This document shows, in pieces, positions 46,849-55,915 of a stretch of DNA of 64,000 nucleotides. The stretch lies in contig CBDCTZ010000014.1 in NCBI GenBank assembly GCA_965222375.1, positions 416,001 through 480,000 on the forward strand, given 5' to 3'. Every line of letters begins with the position of its first letter. Positions within the stretch are counted from its first letter, which is position 1. Source of the stretch: Polyangiaceae bacterium. Lineage in GTDB: Bacteria > Myxococcota_A > Polyangia > Polyangiales > Polyangiaceae. The translations under genes and the position numbers were made by a program. Below the pieces are notes generated by a model. That model was not told where the DNA came from and made no database searches. It saw only the letters and a list, made by a program, of their open reading frames with translations.

Positions 46849-48498
46849 ATGGTTGCGCCAACGGGACCCTTCCCGGAGCGAGTTGGCTCGTACGAGCTGC
46901 TGGCGCCGATTGGCGCCGGCGGCATGGCGACCGTGTATCTCGGCACGGACGTGCGACAGAGCGGTTTGCGCGGACGTGTTGCAATCAAGTTGATCAACGC
47001 GCTGGAGGAGCAGGATGCCGACATGGCCGCAGTCTTGCTGCGGGAGGCAAGAGTCGCAGCTCGGATCCGACACCCGAACGTTGTACATGTCATCGACACG
47101 GGGCAGGACTCGTTCGGCTTCTTCCTCGTCATGGACTACGTCGAAGGGGACAACATGGAGGGGCTGCGGCGGCTTGCGCGGCGAAGGGGACAGCCCATTC
47201 CCCCGCCGGTCATGCTCCGCATCCTGACAGACGCGCTCTCCGGGCTCCATGCGGCACACGAACTGCGTGACGAAACGGGTCGCAACCTGGGTTTGGTACA
47301 TCGCGACTTCTCTCCCCAGAACATCCTCGTTGGTACCGACGGCATCACGCGCCTCACGGATTTCGGCATCGCGAAGTCTGCATTGACCCAGGGCGGAACC
47401 AGGACCGGCCAGGTCAAGGGCAAGATCGGATACATGGCCCCTGAGCAGGCTCGGGGGAAACCTCTGGATCAACGCGCGGACGTTTGGGCGGCTGGCGTGG
47501 TCATCTGGGAGTTCTTCGCGGACCGCCGGCTCTACTCTGGGAAGGATGACGTCAGCACACTGCTGCAGATCATTGGAGAAGAGCCGACACCACTGAGTGC
47601 TATTCGTCCAGATCTTCCAGAATCAATCCATAACGCGGTCACGCGGGCCCTCCGTCGGGACGTGAACGAACGCTGCCCGAGTGCGGAGCAACTTCGGCGC
47701 CAGCTACTGATGGGGAGTCAAGTTGCGGATGCGACAGAGGTCGCCAGCTACGTTCGCGGGTTGGTAGCGGACAAGCTTGCGGAACGGGAGCGACGGGTAG
47801 AGGAGATCCGTAGATTGCGAGGACGGCTGGGCGAGCTGTCCTCGGTTTCAAACGAATTGCCTTCGCCAGGGGCGGTGAACGCCGCGGCGCAACTTGGCGT
47901 GGGCGCCGATGGCACGGTGCCGGAAGAGGACGAGCTGACGACCCAGGTCGTTAGCTCGCGGGATGCGGAACTGCAAAGTGCGCCGACGGTAGCCAGAGCC
48001 CGTACCGCGGGCATGCCGCAGTGGTTGTTCGCCGTAGGTGCGGCGGTGTTGATCTTCGTGGTGGTTATTGGCGTCACTCTGTCCGTTCGTAGCGGCCAAG
48101 CCGAGCGCCCCTTGGAGATTCACCAGGCAGCGGCATCAAAGCAAGTGCCTCCAGTGCTTGCTCCCACCCCTTCGGTCGCGCCGGCGCCAGTGCAGCAGCA
48201 ACCGGACGAGATCATCGTAGTGCATTCAAATGTCCCGCTGAAGTCCTTGCGCGTGGCCGACGAACAGGTCCACCTGCCAGCCCCGGCTGAACGCGTGGAA
48301 CTAGCGGCCCCGAAGCCTGGAACCATGCTGCGCGCGACCGCGGTTGATGGCAGGGTGCTCAGGGCCGAAGCGCCTGCCGCCGGGCAGGGTGTAAAACTTC
48401 GATTTCCACCCCGCCGAAGCTCGGGGGCTCAGACGCCGAGGGTACCTACTCGTTCGGAAAATAAGGCACCAAGCTTCGCCGGCAATCCTTATAACTGA
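46849..48498 (+). CDS. Transmembrane Ser/Thr protein kinase
   Basis: GAGGMATV, HRDFSPQN, DFGIA, GKIGYMAPE; one TM helix. Confidence 0.92.
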   Translation: MVAPTGPFPERVGSYELLAPIGAGGMATVYLGTDVRQSGLRGRVAIKLINALEEQDADMAAVLLREARVAARIRHPNVVHVIDTGQDSFGFFLVMDYVEGDNMEGLRRLARRRGQPIPPPVMLRILTDALSGLHAAHELRDETGRNLGLVHRDFSPQNILVGTDGITRLTDFGIAKSALTQGGTRTGQVKGKIGYMAPEQARGKPLDQRADVWAAGVVIWEFFADRRLYSGKDDVSTLLQIIGEEPTPLSAIRPDLPESIHNAVTRALRRDVNERCPSAEQLRRQLLMGSQVADATEVASYVRGLVADKLAERERRVEEIRRLRGRLGELSSVSNELPSPGAVNAAAQLGVGADGTVPEEDELTTQVVSSRDAELQSAPTVARARTAGMPQWLFAVGAAVLIFVVVIGVTLSVRSGQAERPLEIHQAAASKQVPPVLAPTPSVAPAPVQQQPDEIIVVHSNVPLKSLRVADEQVHLPAPAERVELAAPKPGTMLRATAVDGRVLRAEAPAAGQGVKLRFPPRRSSGAQTPRVPTRSENKAPSFAGNPYN

Positions 48499-48542
48499 GC
48501 GGCTCCGAACGGATTGAGGGGCACGTCGACCCCCGGTTGGGT

Positions 48543-49868
48543 ATGCGTGTAAAATCCCCCGCCCCCAGCATGCCCGATCACACCGACACTCAGACGGCAT
48601 TCGACGTTCCCGTCCCGGAGTCCAAGGCGGTCCTTGGGGTAGTCGTCGTATTTGTAGATGGCACCGCCCAGCTCACGCCGCATGCGGTCCAAGGTCGCTG
48701 CCGCGTTGGTCGCGACGAGACGATGGAGATCCCGCTGTTGGACAGCAAGGTCTCTCGATGTCATGCGGAGCTGATGCCCGCCCCGCAGGCCGTTCTCGTG
48801 ACGGACATGGGGAGCCGCAACGGGACCTTCATCAATGCGGAACCCGTTGAAATCTCTCAAGCCACCGCGGGCGCTGGTTCTGTGATTCGCGTAGGGCGCT
48901 CGCTCATGAAGGTCTTTGCAGACATCGAGCCCTTTGTCGTACCCTCCCTCGCTTCCACCTATGAAGGGCTGGTGGGTGGGCCTGGGCTCGAACAAGTTCG
49001 CCGCTCCATTCTCGCCGCGGCCACGTCCAACAACCCGCTGTTGATTGAAGGCGAGACAGGCAGCGGCAAGGAGGTGGTGGCAGACGCCGTCCACTCAGCT
49101 AGCGGACGAACGGGTAGCCTCATCACTGTCAACTGCGCTGCGCTCCCGCATCAGCTCATCGAGTCCGAGTTGTTCGGTCACGCCCGTGGGGCGTTTTCCG
49201 GTTCTGAGCGTGCACGCCGGGGGCTGTTCCGTAGCGCCGACGGCGGTACGTTGTTTCTGGACGAGGTTGGAGAGCTGCCCCTCGAGGCCCAAGCCAAGCT
49301 GCTCCGGGTTCTAGAAAGTGGTGAGGTTCGCGCTGTGGGCGAGGACAGTTCGGGCAAGGTGGACGTTCGGGTCGTTGCAGCCACGAATCGCAGCCTAGAC
49401 GAGATGGTTCAGGCGGAGCAATTCCGCACCGATCTCTTCCATCGCATTGCGACGATGCGTGTGCGGCTGCCACCCTTGCGGTACCGGTTGGAAGATGTCC
49501 CGCTGCTCTGCGCGCATCTCTTGCCCTCGGCAAACATCAGCGTGCGTGCCATGCAGAGTCTCCTACTGTGGTCGTGGCCGGGCAACGTGCGAGAACTCAA
49601 CAACGTGATTCAGGGGGCTGCCGCCCATGCCAGCGCTCGTGGTGCCGCAGAAATTGACCTGATAGATCTCGAGATCCAGGAACAACCCGCCGCTGCACGC
49701 CCTGGGGGCGCGCAGGACCAGTTGAGGCGGGAGTTGGAGAACGCGCTTGTCGCTGCCAGGGGCAACGTCTCGGAAGTCGCTCGGTCTCTCGGGATGCGCC
49801 GCCCCGCGGTCTATGAGAAGTTGCGGCTATTCGGCCTTGAGCCGGCGCGGTTTCGGCGCGGCTCGTAG
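48543..49868 (+). CDS. FHA-domain sigma54-dependent transcriptional activator
   Basis: FHA (GRD, SRCH, GSRNGT); [37 protein letters not shown]; Fis-type HTH. Confidence 0.93.
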   Translation: MRVKSPAPSMPDHTDTQTAFDVPVPESKAVLGVVVVFVDGTAQLTPHAVQGRCRVGRDETMEIPLLDSKVSRCHAELMPAPQAVLVTDMGSRNGTFINAEPVEISQATAGAGSVIRVGRSLMKVFADIEPFVVPSLASTYEGLVGGPGLEQVRRSILAAATSNNPLLIEGETGSGKEVVADAVHSASGRTGSLITVNCAALPHQLIESELFGHARGAFSGSERARRGLFRSADGGTLFLDEVGELPLEAQAKLLRVLESGEVRAVGEDSSGKVDVRVVAATNRSLDEMVQAEQFRTDLFHRIATMRVRLPPLRYRLEDVPLLCAHLLPSANISVRAMQSLLLWSWPGNVRELNNVIQGAAAHASARGAAEIDLIDLEIQEQPAAARPGGAQDQLRRELENALVAARGNVSEVARSLGMRRPAVYEKLRLFGLEPARFRRGS

Positions 49869-49889
49869 TCGTTGCCGGTTCGCTCCGAG

Positions 49890-49912
49890 GTGACCGAACA
49901 CTGTTCGGTCAC
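49890..49912. promoter_or_regulatory. Putative sigma54 activator binding array (UAS 2)
   Basis: G-TGACCGAACA-C-TGTTCGGTCA-C, a perfect palindrome about 61 bp upstream of the -24 box. Confidence 0.65.
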
Positions 49913-49971
49913 TTCCGCGTTGACCCCTCCAAGAAGGCCGGCAAGATGGGGGAACGCCGCACCCCGGCGTT

Positions 49972-49987
49972 TGGTACGGCAGTTGCA
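49972..49987 (+). promoter_or_regulatory. Sigma54 -24/-12 promoter
   Basis: TGGTAC-GGCAG-TTGCA, GG-N10-GC spacing. Confidence 0.7.
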
Positions 49988-49999
49988 GCGGCCTAGTTC

Positions 50000-50947
50000 G
50001 TGAGCACAGACACCGGGTGGACATGGCCGAGGGGGCGACTCGCTCTCGCGCTGATCTTGAGCGCCGCCAGCACGGCTTGCGGTGTTGAAGTGGAGTCGCG
50101 CTCCGAGCGGCTTGACACCAGAGAGGCCAGGCAAGCCTTGGGTTCGGTGTCGGATGCTGTGGCCGCTGCTTGTTCTACGACGAGCGTGTGGGGTCTGTCG
50201 GAGCAGGTCGTTGCGCAGCTCAACTGTGACGCTCCTGGAACGCTCGCTGAAGTCCCCCAGCGCCACAACTTGGAACTGGGCGACGCCGTGTTCCCATACA
50301 TGCAGCCGGCCGCTCGGGATGGTCTCGTATCGGCTGTGGACTCCGCGCCAGAGACCCGTTTGCGCGTGAACTCCATGCTGCGCGTGCTGCCCCAGCAGTA
50401 TCTACTGCACCGATGGGCTCAGGAAGGACGCTGCGGGATTGCCCTCGCGGCCGCTCCTGGTCGGTCCAGGCACCAGTCCGGGCTGGCTCTGGACACCAGC
50501 GACCACCACAGCTGGCGCGGCGCGCTCGAGGCCAAGGGCTTCGAGTGGTTCGGGCCAGGCGATCGCGTGCACTTCACCTATCGGGGCTTTGGTGCTGCGG
50601 ACCTGGAAGGGGCGGATGTGCGCGCTTTTCAACGTCTGTGGAACGTCAATCATCCGCAAGACAGCCTCGTCGAAGATGGCGTATTCGGGCCAGCGACCGC
50701 GAAACGCCTGAAGAATTCACCACCGGCTGGATTCGCCATTGGGTCGAGCTGCTTTCCCGCGGACGCCATTCAAGCGGCTCCACAGTCAGATCAGATCTGT
50801 CCAGAATCTGGCTGCGATACAGCCGAGACGGCCCAATGCCAATACGTGGGCTCGGCAGGTGGATCGTCACTTCCCATGGGGTTGGTGTTCGGGTTGCTGA
50901 CTTGGGTTGCTTGCTGGCGTCGCGACCGAGTGACGCCAGCAGGCTGA
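50000..50947 (+). CDS. M15-family zinc peptidase with peptidoglycan-binding domain and MYXO-CTERM-like tail
   Basis: SMLR...QQY, PGRSRHQSGLALD, DRVHF; FQRLWN...EDGVFGPAT; C-terminal TM + RR. Confidence 0.82.
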   Translation: MSTDTGWTWPRGRLALALILSAASTACGVEVESRSERLDTREARQALGSVSDAVAAACSTTSVWGLSEQVVAQLNCDAPGTLAEVPQRHNLELGDAVFPYMQPAARDGLVSAVDSAPETRLRVNSMLRVLPQQYLLHRWAQEGRCGIALAAAPGRSRHQSGLALDTSDHHSWRGALEAKGFEWFGPGDRVHFTYRGFGAADLEGADVRAFQRLWNVNHPQDSLVEDGVFGPATAKRLKNSPPAGFAIGSSCFPADAIQAAPQSDQICPESGCDTAETAQCQYVGSAGGSSLPMGLVFGLLTWVACWRRDRVTPAG

Positions 50948-50949
50948 GG

Positions 50950-52200
50950 TCAGTTGGCGATGATTTCGTACAGGCGGCCGCCACTCTGATACTGCCAAGT
51001 ACCCGCGAACAGGCGGTCATTGTTTACTTCCAGCGCCCAAACAGACAGCTCTCCTAGTTGGCAGATCTGCTTCCACGACTTCCCGCCGATGGAGAACAGA
51101 ACCCGCGCCTTGCCGCTGTCACCCTTCCACCCCGCTGCCGTCCCCGCGAACAGCGCTCCACCCCAGTCTTTGATGTCCGTGACGTACTTCTGATTATGGG
51201 TGTACATCTTCGTGTAAGAAGTGCCGTCGTACTTCCAGATCCCAGAAACACCATTGGAGTAGTAGGAAGCGCTAGACAGCCACAGCTGGCCCCCGAAAAC
51301 GTGCGAGCGGAAGTAGCGAGCCCCGACTGCCTTCTGGGTCCAGCTGGTCCCGTTGCTCGAGGAGATCACGTAGCCCTGCTTGGTACTCAGGTTCACTGCG
51401 TACGCGTATATCGTGCCCTTGTAGTGGACGATTTCTCTCACGTAACGATTCGAACTGCCACTGTCCCACACGGTCTGCCAGCTGCCGCCATCCGTGGACC
51501 GCAAGATCTTGCCGCTCTTTTTCGAAACGATGTCGTAGTTGATCGCGTAGATGTGGCTGCTTGTTTTTGCCAAGCCGCAGCCGATCGTTCCACTCCCACC
51601 GTTGTAGACGAGCTTCCAGTTCTTGCCGTCTGCACTACGAAAAACGTCTCCGCTGTTTTCCGTGTTGGCGTAGAGCTGCCCACCGAAGTCTTCCATGGCG
51701 CAGACGGACTCGCCGATCCCCAGCAGGCCCGGCTTGACCTGCTGCCATGGGGGGTAGGAGTAGAGCATGCTCGTGTTGCTTAGGCCGTAGCCGAACAGCC
51801 CCACGTTGAGCCTGCCGCCAAAGGACTTGAGGCTGAAGATCCCGTCCGGCTTGACGGTATTGAGAGACTTGCAGGTGTAGGAGGTCGGGATCGGCTTTGT
51901 TCCGCCACTGCCTCCACTCGCGGAGCCTGCGCTTCCCGCACCGCTTCCGCCCGCTCCCGCAAGTCCAGCGCTTCCGCCACCGATGTGGGTCGAGCCGCTA
52001 GTTCCTGCGTATCCGCCATAGGCTCCGCCGCCGCTCGCGCCGAGGCCCGCCGTGCTGCCACCGCCGCCCGCCGCGTCGCCACCAGCACCGGCCGCACCAG
52101 GACCCAAGGTGGAGCCGTCATGTCCTTCGCCGCCACACCCGGCCGAGAGCGCGGCCCCTAACAGCCAGAAGAGCGTGCGGTTCGTGGAATAGGATTTCAT
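50950..52200 (-). CDS. Gly-rich-stalk lipoprotein with beta-propeller
   Basis: Lipobox SAGC; repeats (FGGQLYA, YKGTIYA, WGGALFAG; SADGKNW, STDGGSW). Confidence 0.75.
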   Translation of the reverse strand: MKSYSTNRTLFWLLGAALSAGCGGEGHDGSTLGPGAAGAGGDAAGGGGSTAGLGASGGGAYGGYAGTSGSTHIGGGSAGLAGAGGSGAGSAGSASGGSGGTKPIPTSYTCKSLNTVKPDGIFSLKSFGGRLNVGLFGYGLSNTSMLYSYPPWQQVKPGLLGIGESVCAMEDFGGQLYANTENSGDVFRSADGKNWKLVYNGGSGTIGCGLAKTSSHIYAINYDIVSKKSGKILRSTDGGSWQTVWDSGSSNRYVREIVHYKGTIYAYAVNLSTKQGYVISSSNGTSWTQKAVGARYFRSHVFGGQLWLSSASYYSNGVSGIWKYDGTSYTKMYTHNQKYVTDIKDWGGALFAGTAAGWKGDSGKARVLFSIGGKSWKQICQLGELSVWALEVNNDRLFAGTWQYQSGGRLYEIIAN

Positions 52201-52217
52201 GTGCGCGCCAGAAGAGT

Positions 52218-53345
52218 TCAGCGTGGCACGGTGACGACGTCGCAAGGGAACGTGCCGCTGATTGAGTGGTCTCCGCTTTGGATGGCATCGCAGGCTTTGC
52301 CTCGCAGTTCGACCTCCGTCGGTGACTTGAGACTCCACCCGTCTGGGTCGTTGTAAGCCAGTGGTGTGCTATCGAGGAGGACCGTGCCCTCGCCGGCGCG
52401 AGATGCATCCACGGTACCATTTACGGTCAGTACGCAGTCGCGCACACCGTTTACAATCGACTGAAAAGCGTTGACCAGCTGTTGCTGATTGTTGGCCTGG
52501 TAGTATGGCACGTTCTTGGCGCCGCCGACCGGTAGCCCAGCCCCCGCGTTGGCGACATCCTGTAGGTGCGACTTGCTGATACTCGCGCCCACGCTGATCA
52601 CGAATAGGTCGATGTTCTTGGCACTTGCTTGCTTCGCGGCATCGACGGAGCGCTTTTGAGCTGCGGCGTCGTGGCCATGCGGGTCTGCGCAGGTATCCGG
52701 TTCGCCGTCCGTTGCCAGAACAATTGCTTTGGGGCCTGGCTGCTTGAACGCCGAGAGCTTCGCCACGGCCGCATCGATGCTCTCGCCAGTTGGCGTATCC
52801 TTGACTGGCGCCGCTCCCGCCAGGCTGGCCTGGATCGCCGCCTTGGCCGAGAGCGTGATGGCTGTTTCGGTCAGCCTTGGGCACTTGCCACCGCTATTTC
52901 CGCTTAGGCTGGTGTAGAGCGAGAGGCCGAATCGCACCCTCTTTTCGAGCGAGCTCACGACCCCAGTGTTGGCTGCGAGCAACGCCGTGTTGACGGCTTG
53001 CCAACGCGAGACGCCTCCAAAGTCGTCCTTCATGCTTCCGGATTGGTCGACGAGCAAGATGACGGACGGGATCGTGGGCGTGAGCTTCACCGAGATATCG
53101 GCGCAAGTCGTGGTGCCACCAGAACCGAGGGGTGTGCTCCCTGTTGACCCTGCCATGCCGATGATCGGTCCCATTCCCGCGCTGCCGTTGCCGCCGAAGC
53201 TCCCTGCGATACCTGGTTCGACGTCGCGTTCATCGGCGATGCCGGATTCTGCGCCGCAGGCGATGACACCCGTGAGCAAACCGATAGCGCTGACGACGAG
53301 CAGAGTTCGTGAACGGCGTTGGCTCTTGCAGATTGCGACTTTCAT
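52218..53345 (-). CDS. VWA-domain lipoprotein
   Basis: Lipobox VIAC; MIDAS DQSGS, TPT, LATDGEP. Confidence 0.85.
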   Translation of the reverse strand: MKVAICKSQRRSRTLLVVSAIGLLTGVIACGAESGIADERDVEPGIAGSFGGNGSAGMGPIIGMAGSTGSTPLGSGGTTTCADISVKLTPTIPSVILLVDQSGSMKDDFGGVSRWQAVNTALLAANTGVVSSLEKRVRFGLSLYTSLSGNSGGKCPRLTETAITLSAKAAIQASLAGAAPVKDTPTGESIDAAVAKLSAFKQPGPKAIVLATDGEPDTCADPHGHDAAAQKRSVDAAKQASAKNIDLFVISVGASISKSHLQDVANAGAGLPVGGAKNVPYYQANNQQQLVNAFQSIVNGVRDCVLTVNGTVDASRAGEGTVLLDSTPLAYNDPDGWSLKSPTEVELRGKACDAIQSGDHSISGTFPCDVVTVPR

Positions 53346-53360
53346 CCCAACCTAATAAAG

Positions 53361-53376
53361 AGCAACCTCCGTGCCA
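53361..53376 (-). promoter_or_regulatory. Sigma54 -24/-12 promoter
   Basis: Minus strand TGGCAC-GGAGG-TTGCT, a consensus match. Confidence 0.8.
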
Positions 53377-53493
53377 CTCGCTCACCGCGGGTTGCCCGGG
53401 ACGTGCCGGTTCGGCGCGTCGCTGCAAGTAGTACGAGTTACTCGCTTTTCGCCCAGCGGCGTGCGGAATACTGAACTTTGGCGGGGCGCTCGC

Positions 53494-53525
53494 GGACCGA
53501 CCAGTGTTCGTACAGTGTCCGAACA
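53494..53525 (-). promoter_or_regulatory. Putative sigma54 activator binding array (UAS 3)
   Basis: Minus strand TGTTCGGACA-C-TGTACGAACA-C-TGGTCGGTCC with 11-bp period, about 120 bp upstream of the -24 box. Confidence 0.65.
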
Positions 53526-53527
53526 CA

Positions 53528-54094
53528 TCAGCTACGATTTCGCGGCACCCAGCTGACTCGGAAACGCCAGCGCCGCTTGTTCACCGGCTCGATTGTCGTG
53601 GGGTAGGGCGTGCGGCCCAGCATCGAGATGATGGTGTCGCTCCAGCCTGCCATTACGTCGGGAATGCCCTCGGGCAGGTCGGAATCGTCCAGCTGTCCGA
53701 TCAGGAAATCGTCGCCCTCTTCCACGACCAAGAACGTGCCTGTGGTGCTCTGCCGGCTCCACACGCTCGACGCCCGATTGAACACCCGGGCCGGCGTCGC
53801 GAACTTCAGGAAGATCCGATAGATCAAGTGGACTTGGTAGCGCGCCGCCATGGCCCCCAGTTCTCGTAGCTCGTTGGCGTCGTTATTGACCGCTTCGCAG
53901 AACGCTCGCATCAGGTCGTGTAAGTGCGAGCGCTCGTACCAACTATTGGCGTAGATGGGAGCCGCGAAGAAGTCTCGCCCGCTCGGGCTCAGGTGATCTT
54001 CGACCCTCGTCCACAGCGCGCTTCGGTCACGCTGCAACGGCGTGATGTACGACAGAATCGCGTACCCTTTGACCTTGGAGTCGTCCTGCGCCAT
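53528..54094 (-). CDS. Hypothetical protein (myxobacterial DUF2378-like family)
   Basis: KVKG start, SWY, IYRIFLKFATP...W pattern. Family recalled, not searched. Confidence 0.6.
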   Translation of the reverse strand: MAQDDSKVKGYAILSYITPLQRDRSALWTRVEDHLSPSGRDFFAAPIYANSWYERSHLHDLMRAFCEAVNNDANELRELGAMAARYQVHLIYRIFLKFATPARVFNRASSVWSRQSTTGTFLVVEEGDDFLIGQLDDSDLPEGIPDVMAGWSDTIISMLGRTPYPTTIEPVNKRRWRFRVSWVPRNRS

Positions 54095-54106
54095 CCCCGC
54101 TCCAGC

Positions 54107-54985
54107 TCAATCTGCGGCAACCGGCCCCTCGGCTGTCCACTTGTAGAAGCCCATGCCCACCTTCTTGCCCAGCCGCCCCGCGCGCACCATCTGCCGCAGC
54201 AGCGTCGGGGGTCGGAACTGGTCACCGACTTCTTTGTGCAGGTGGTCCAGGATGGCGAGGCGGACGTCCAGGCCGACCAGATCCGTCAACTTCAACGGCC
54301 CCATGGGGTGGCGATAGCCGAGCTCCATCGCGCGATCGATGTCCGCGGCCTTGGCGACTCCGGATTCCAACATGCGGATCGCTTCCGCACCCAGCGCCAC
54401 GCCCAGGCGACTGCTGGCAAAGCCGGGGAAGTCGTTGACGACAATGGGCTCCTTCTTGATCTGCTTGGCAAAGGCGAGCCCGCGCTCCACGCTACTCTCT
54501 TCCGTACCCAGCCCGCGCACGATCTCGAGCAGGGGCATGACCGGAGGCGGATTGAAGAAGTGCAGACCTAGTGTGCGGCCCGGCTGCCCGATCCGGTTGC
54601 CGAGCTCCGTGAGGGAAAGGCTCGACGTATTCGAAGCGAGCAGAGCGTCCCCAGTGGCGTGATCTCGCGCCTGTTCCATCAGTTGAACCTTCAAGTCCAT
54701 TCTCTCTGGCGCAGCTTCGATCACGATCTCGGCATCACCGCAGGCCCCTTTCAGGTCCTCGGTGGTGGTGATGCGCGCCTTGGCGGCGTCGCCCGCGGCG
54801 GCGTCGAGCTTGCCCTTGTCGACCATGCGCTTGAGTTGTTTCCCAATAGCCTGCGTGGCATTCGCCAGGACCTTGGGCGCGACGTCGTATAGCCCGACGT
54901 CGACGCTGTGCTGCGCGGCGAGCTGTGCGATTCCACGCCCCATGGTGCCAGCCCCCAAGACGGCAATGCGTTTCACTTGAGACAT
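54107..54985 (-). CDS. 3-hydroxyacyl/3-hydroxybutyryl-CoA dehydrogenase
   Basis: GAGTMGRGIA, EAAPE, SNTSSL, HFFNP, PMGPL.LTDLVGLD. Confidence 0.94.
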   Translation of the reverse strand: MSQVKRIAVLGAGTMGRGIAQLAAQHSVDVGLYDVAPKVLANATQAIGKQLKRMVDKGKLDAAAGDAAKARITTTEDLKGACGDAEIVIEAAPERMDLKVQLMEQARDHATGDALLASNTSSLSLTELGNRIGQPGRTLGLHFFNPPPVMPLLEIVRGLGTEESSVERGLAFAKQIKKEPIVVNDFPGFASSRLGVALGAEAIRMLESGVAKAADIDRAMELGYRHPMGPLKLTDLVGLDVRLAILDHLHKEVGDQFRPPTLLRQMVRAGRLGKKVGMGFYKWTAEGPVAAD

Positions 54986-55026
54986 GCCCTGTGCCTACGG
55001 CTGCCGCTGCCGGGCATCAACCCCGC

Positions 55027-55734
55027 TCAAACGCGCAGGGCGTTCTTGCCGAGGCTGGATTCACAGGTCACGCAACTCCGAGGAACGTGGCGGTGGTGGT
55101 ACACCTGACCACAGGTCGCGCACACCCTCGCGTCGCGCTCCAGGGTGATCATCTCGTCACTTTCCGCACAGCGCCGTCCGGCAATCTGCAGATCTTTCAC
55201 GACCAGCTTTTCACCGTCGCTGTCCCGAGCTTCGGGCAGTCCGTCTGCGGCACTGCCCTTCACGTCCAGGGCTTCGGGCACTCTCTCTGCGGCTTCCTTG
55301 AGGATCCAGGCGATCGCTAGCTTGTGGGCCGCTACGGGGATCTCCAGCTTCGTGCCATCTCCGGCGACGACGAGATTGCCCCCGACCAGCTTGATGTTGT
55401 CGATGTCGCACCACAGCAGGCGCATCACGTCGGAGCCGCGTTCGACGGCAACGCCGCCTTCGCCAACTCGCACCGGCGTGCCCGACACGTCGCCGAACCA
55501 CATCGCTGCGCCGAGCACGATTGCGCCGCCGGCGACCAAATAGGTCCCGTAGCTCAGGGCGGGGTCGCGTATCCATTGGGCATACACCCCCGCACCCAGG
55601 CACAGTGCGCCCGCCGCACCGAGCAGCGCGGAGCCCTTGGAGCTCTGCATCGCGTCTGCGACGAACTTGCGCTCGTATCGCTTCTTCTTGATGCCGCTCT
55701 TCTTCTTGCGTTTCTTGGTGCTGGATTCGGCCAT
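55027..55734 (-). CDS. Hypothetical membrane protein with C-terminal Cys/His cluster
   Basis: Two TM helices; CATCGQVYH...CVTC. Start at ATG 55734. Confidence 0.7.
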   Translation of the reverse strand: MAESSTKKRKKKSGIKKKRYERKFVADAMQSSKGSALLGAAGALCLGAGVYAQWIRDPALSYGTYLVAGGAIVLGAAMWFGDVSGTPVRVGEGGVAVERGSDVMRLLWCDIDNIKLVGGNLVVAGDGTKLEIPVAAHKLAIAWILKEAAERVPEALDVKGSAADGLPEARDSDGEKLVVKDLQIAGRRCAESDEMITLERDARVCATCGQVYHHRHVPRSCVTCESSLGKNALRV

Positions 55735-55915
55735 GAAGGCCGTGGACGTTAGCGAAAAACTCCGCCCCTTGGCACACAAGCCTGCGGGCGAGCTGCTGCG
55801 CTCGCAAAAAGCCCGGAAAAGCCTGGGGTTGCCTGGCTTTGGCTCCGGCTGACCCGGGACCCTGCCCAGGCTCGCGAGCCGCCACGCCGAGCCAATACGC
55901 GATAGAACGTCAGTC

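Noticed and set aside
49890..49912. Intrinsic terminator for the activator gene
   Set aside because: It has a 1-nt loop and no U-tract, and the same decamers occur as tandem arrays at two other promoters.
55770..55785. Sigma54 promoter TGGCAC...CTGC
   Set aside because: GG-N11-GC spacing is one base too long.
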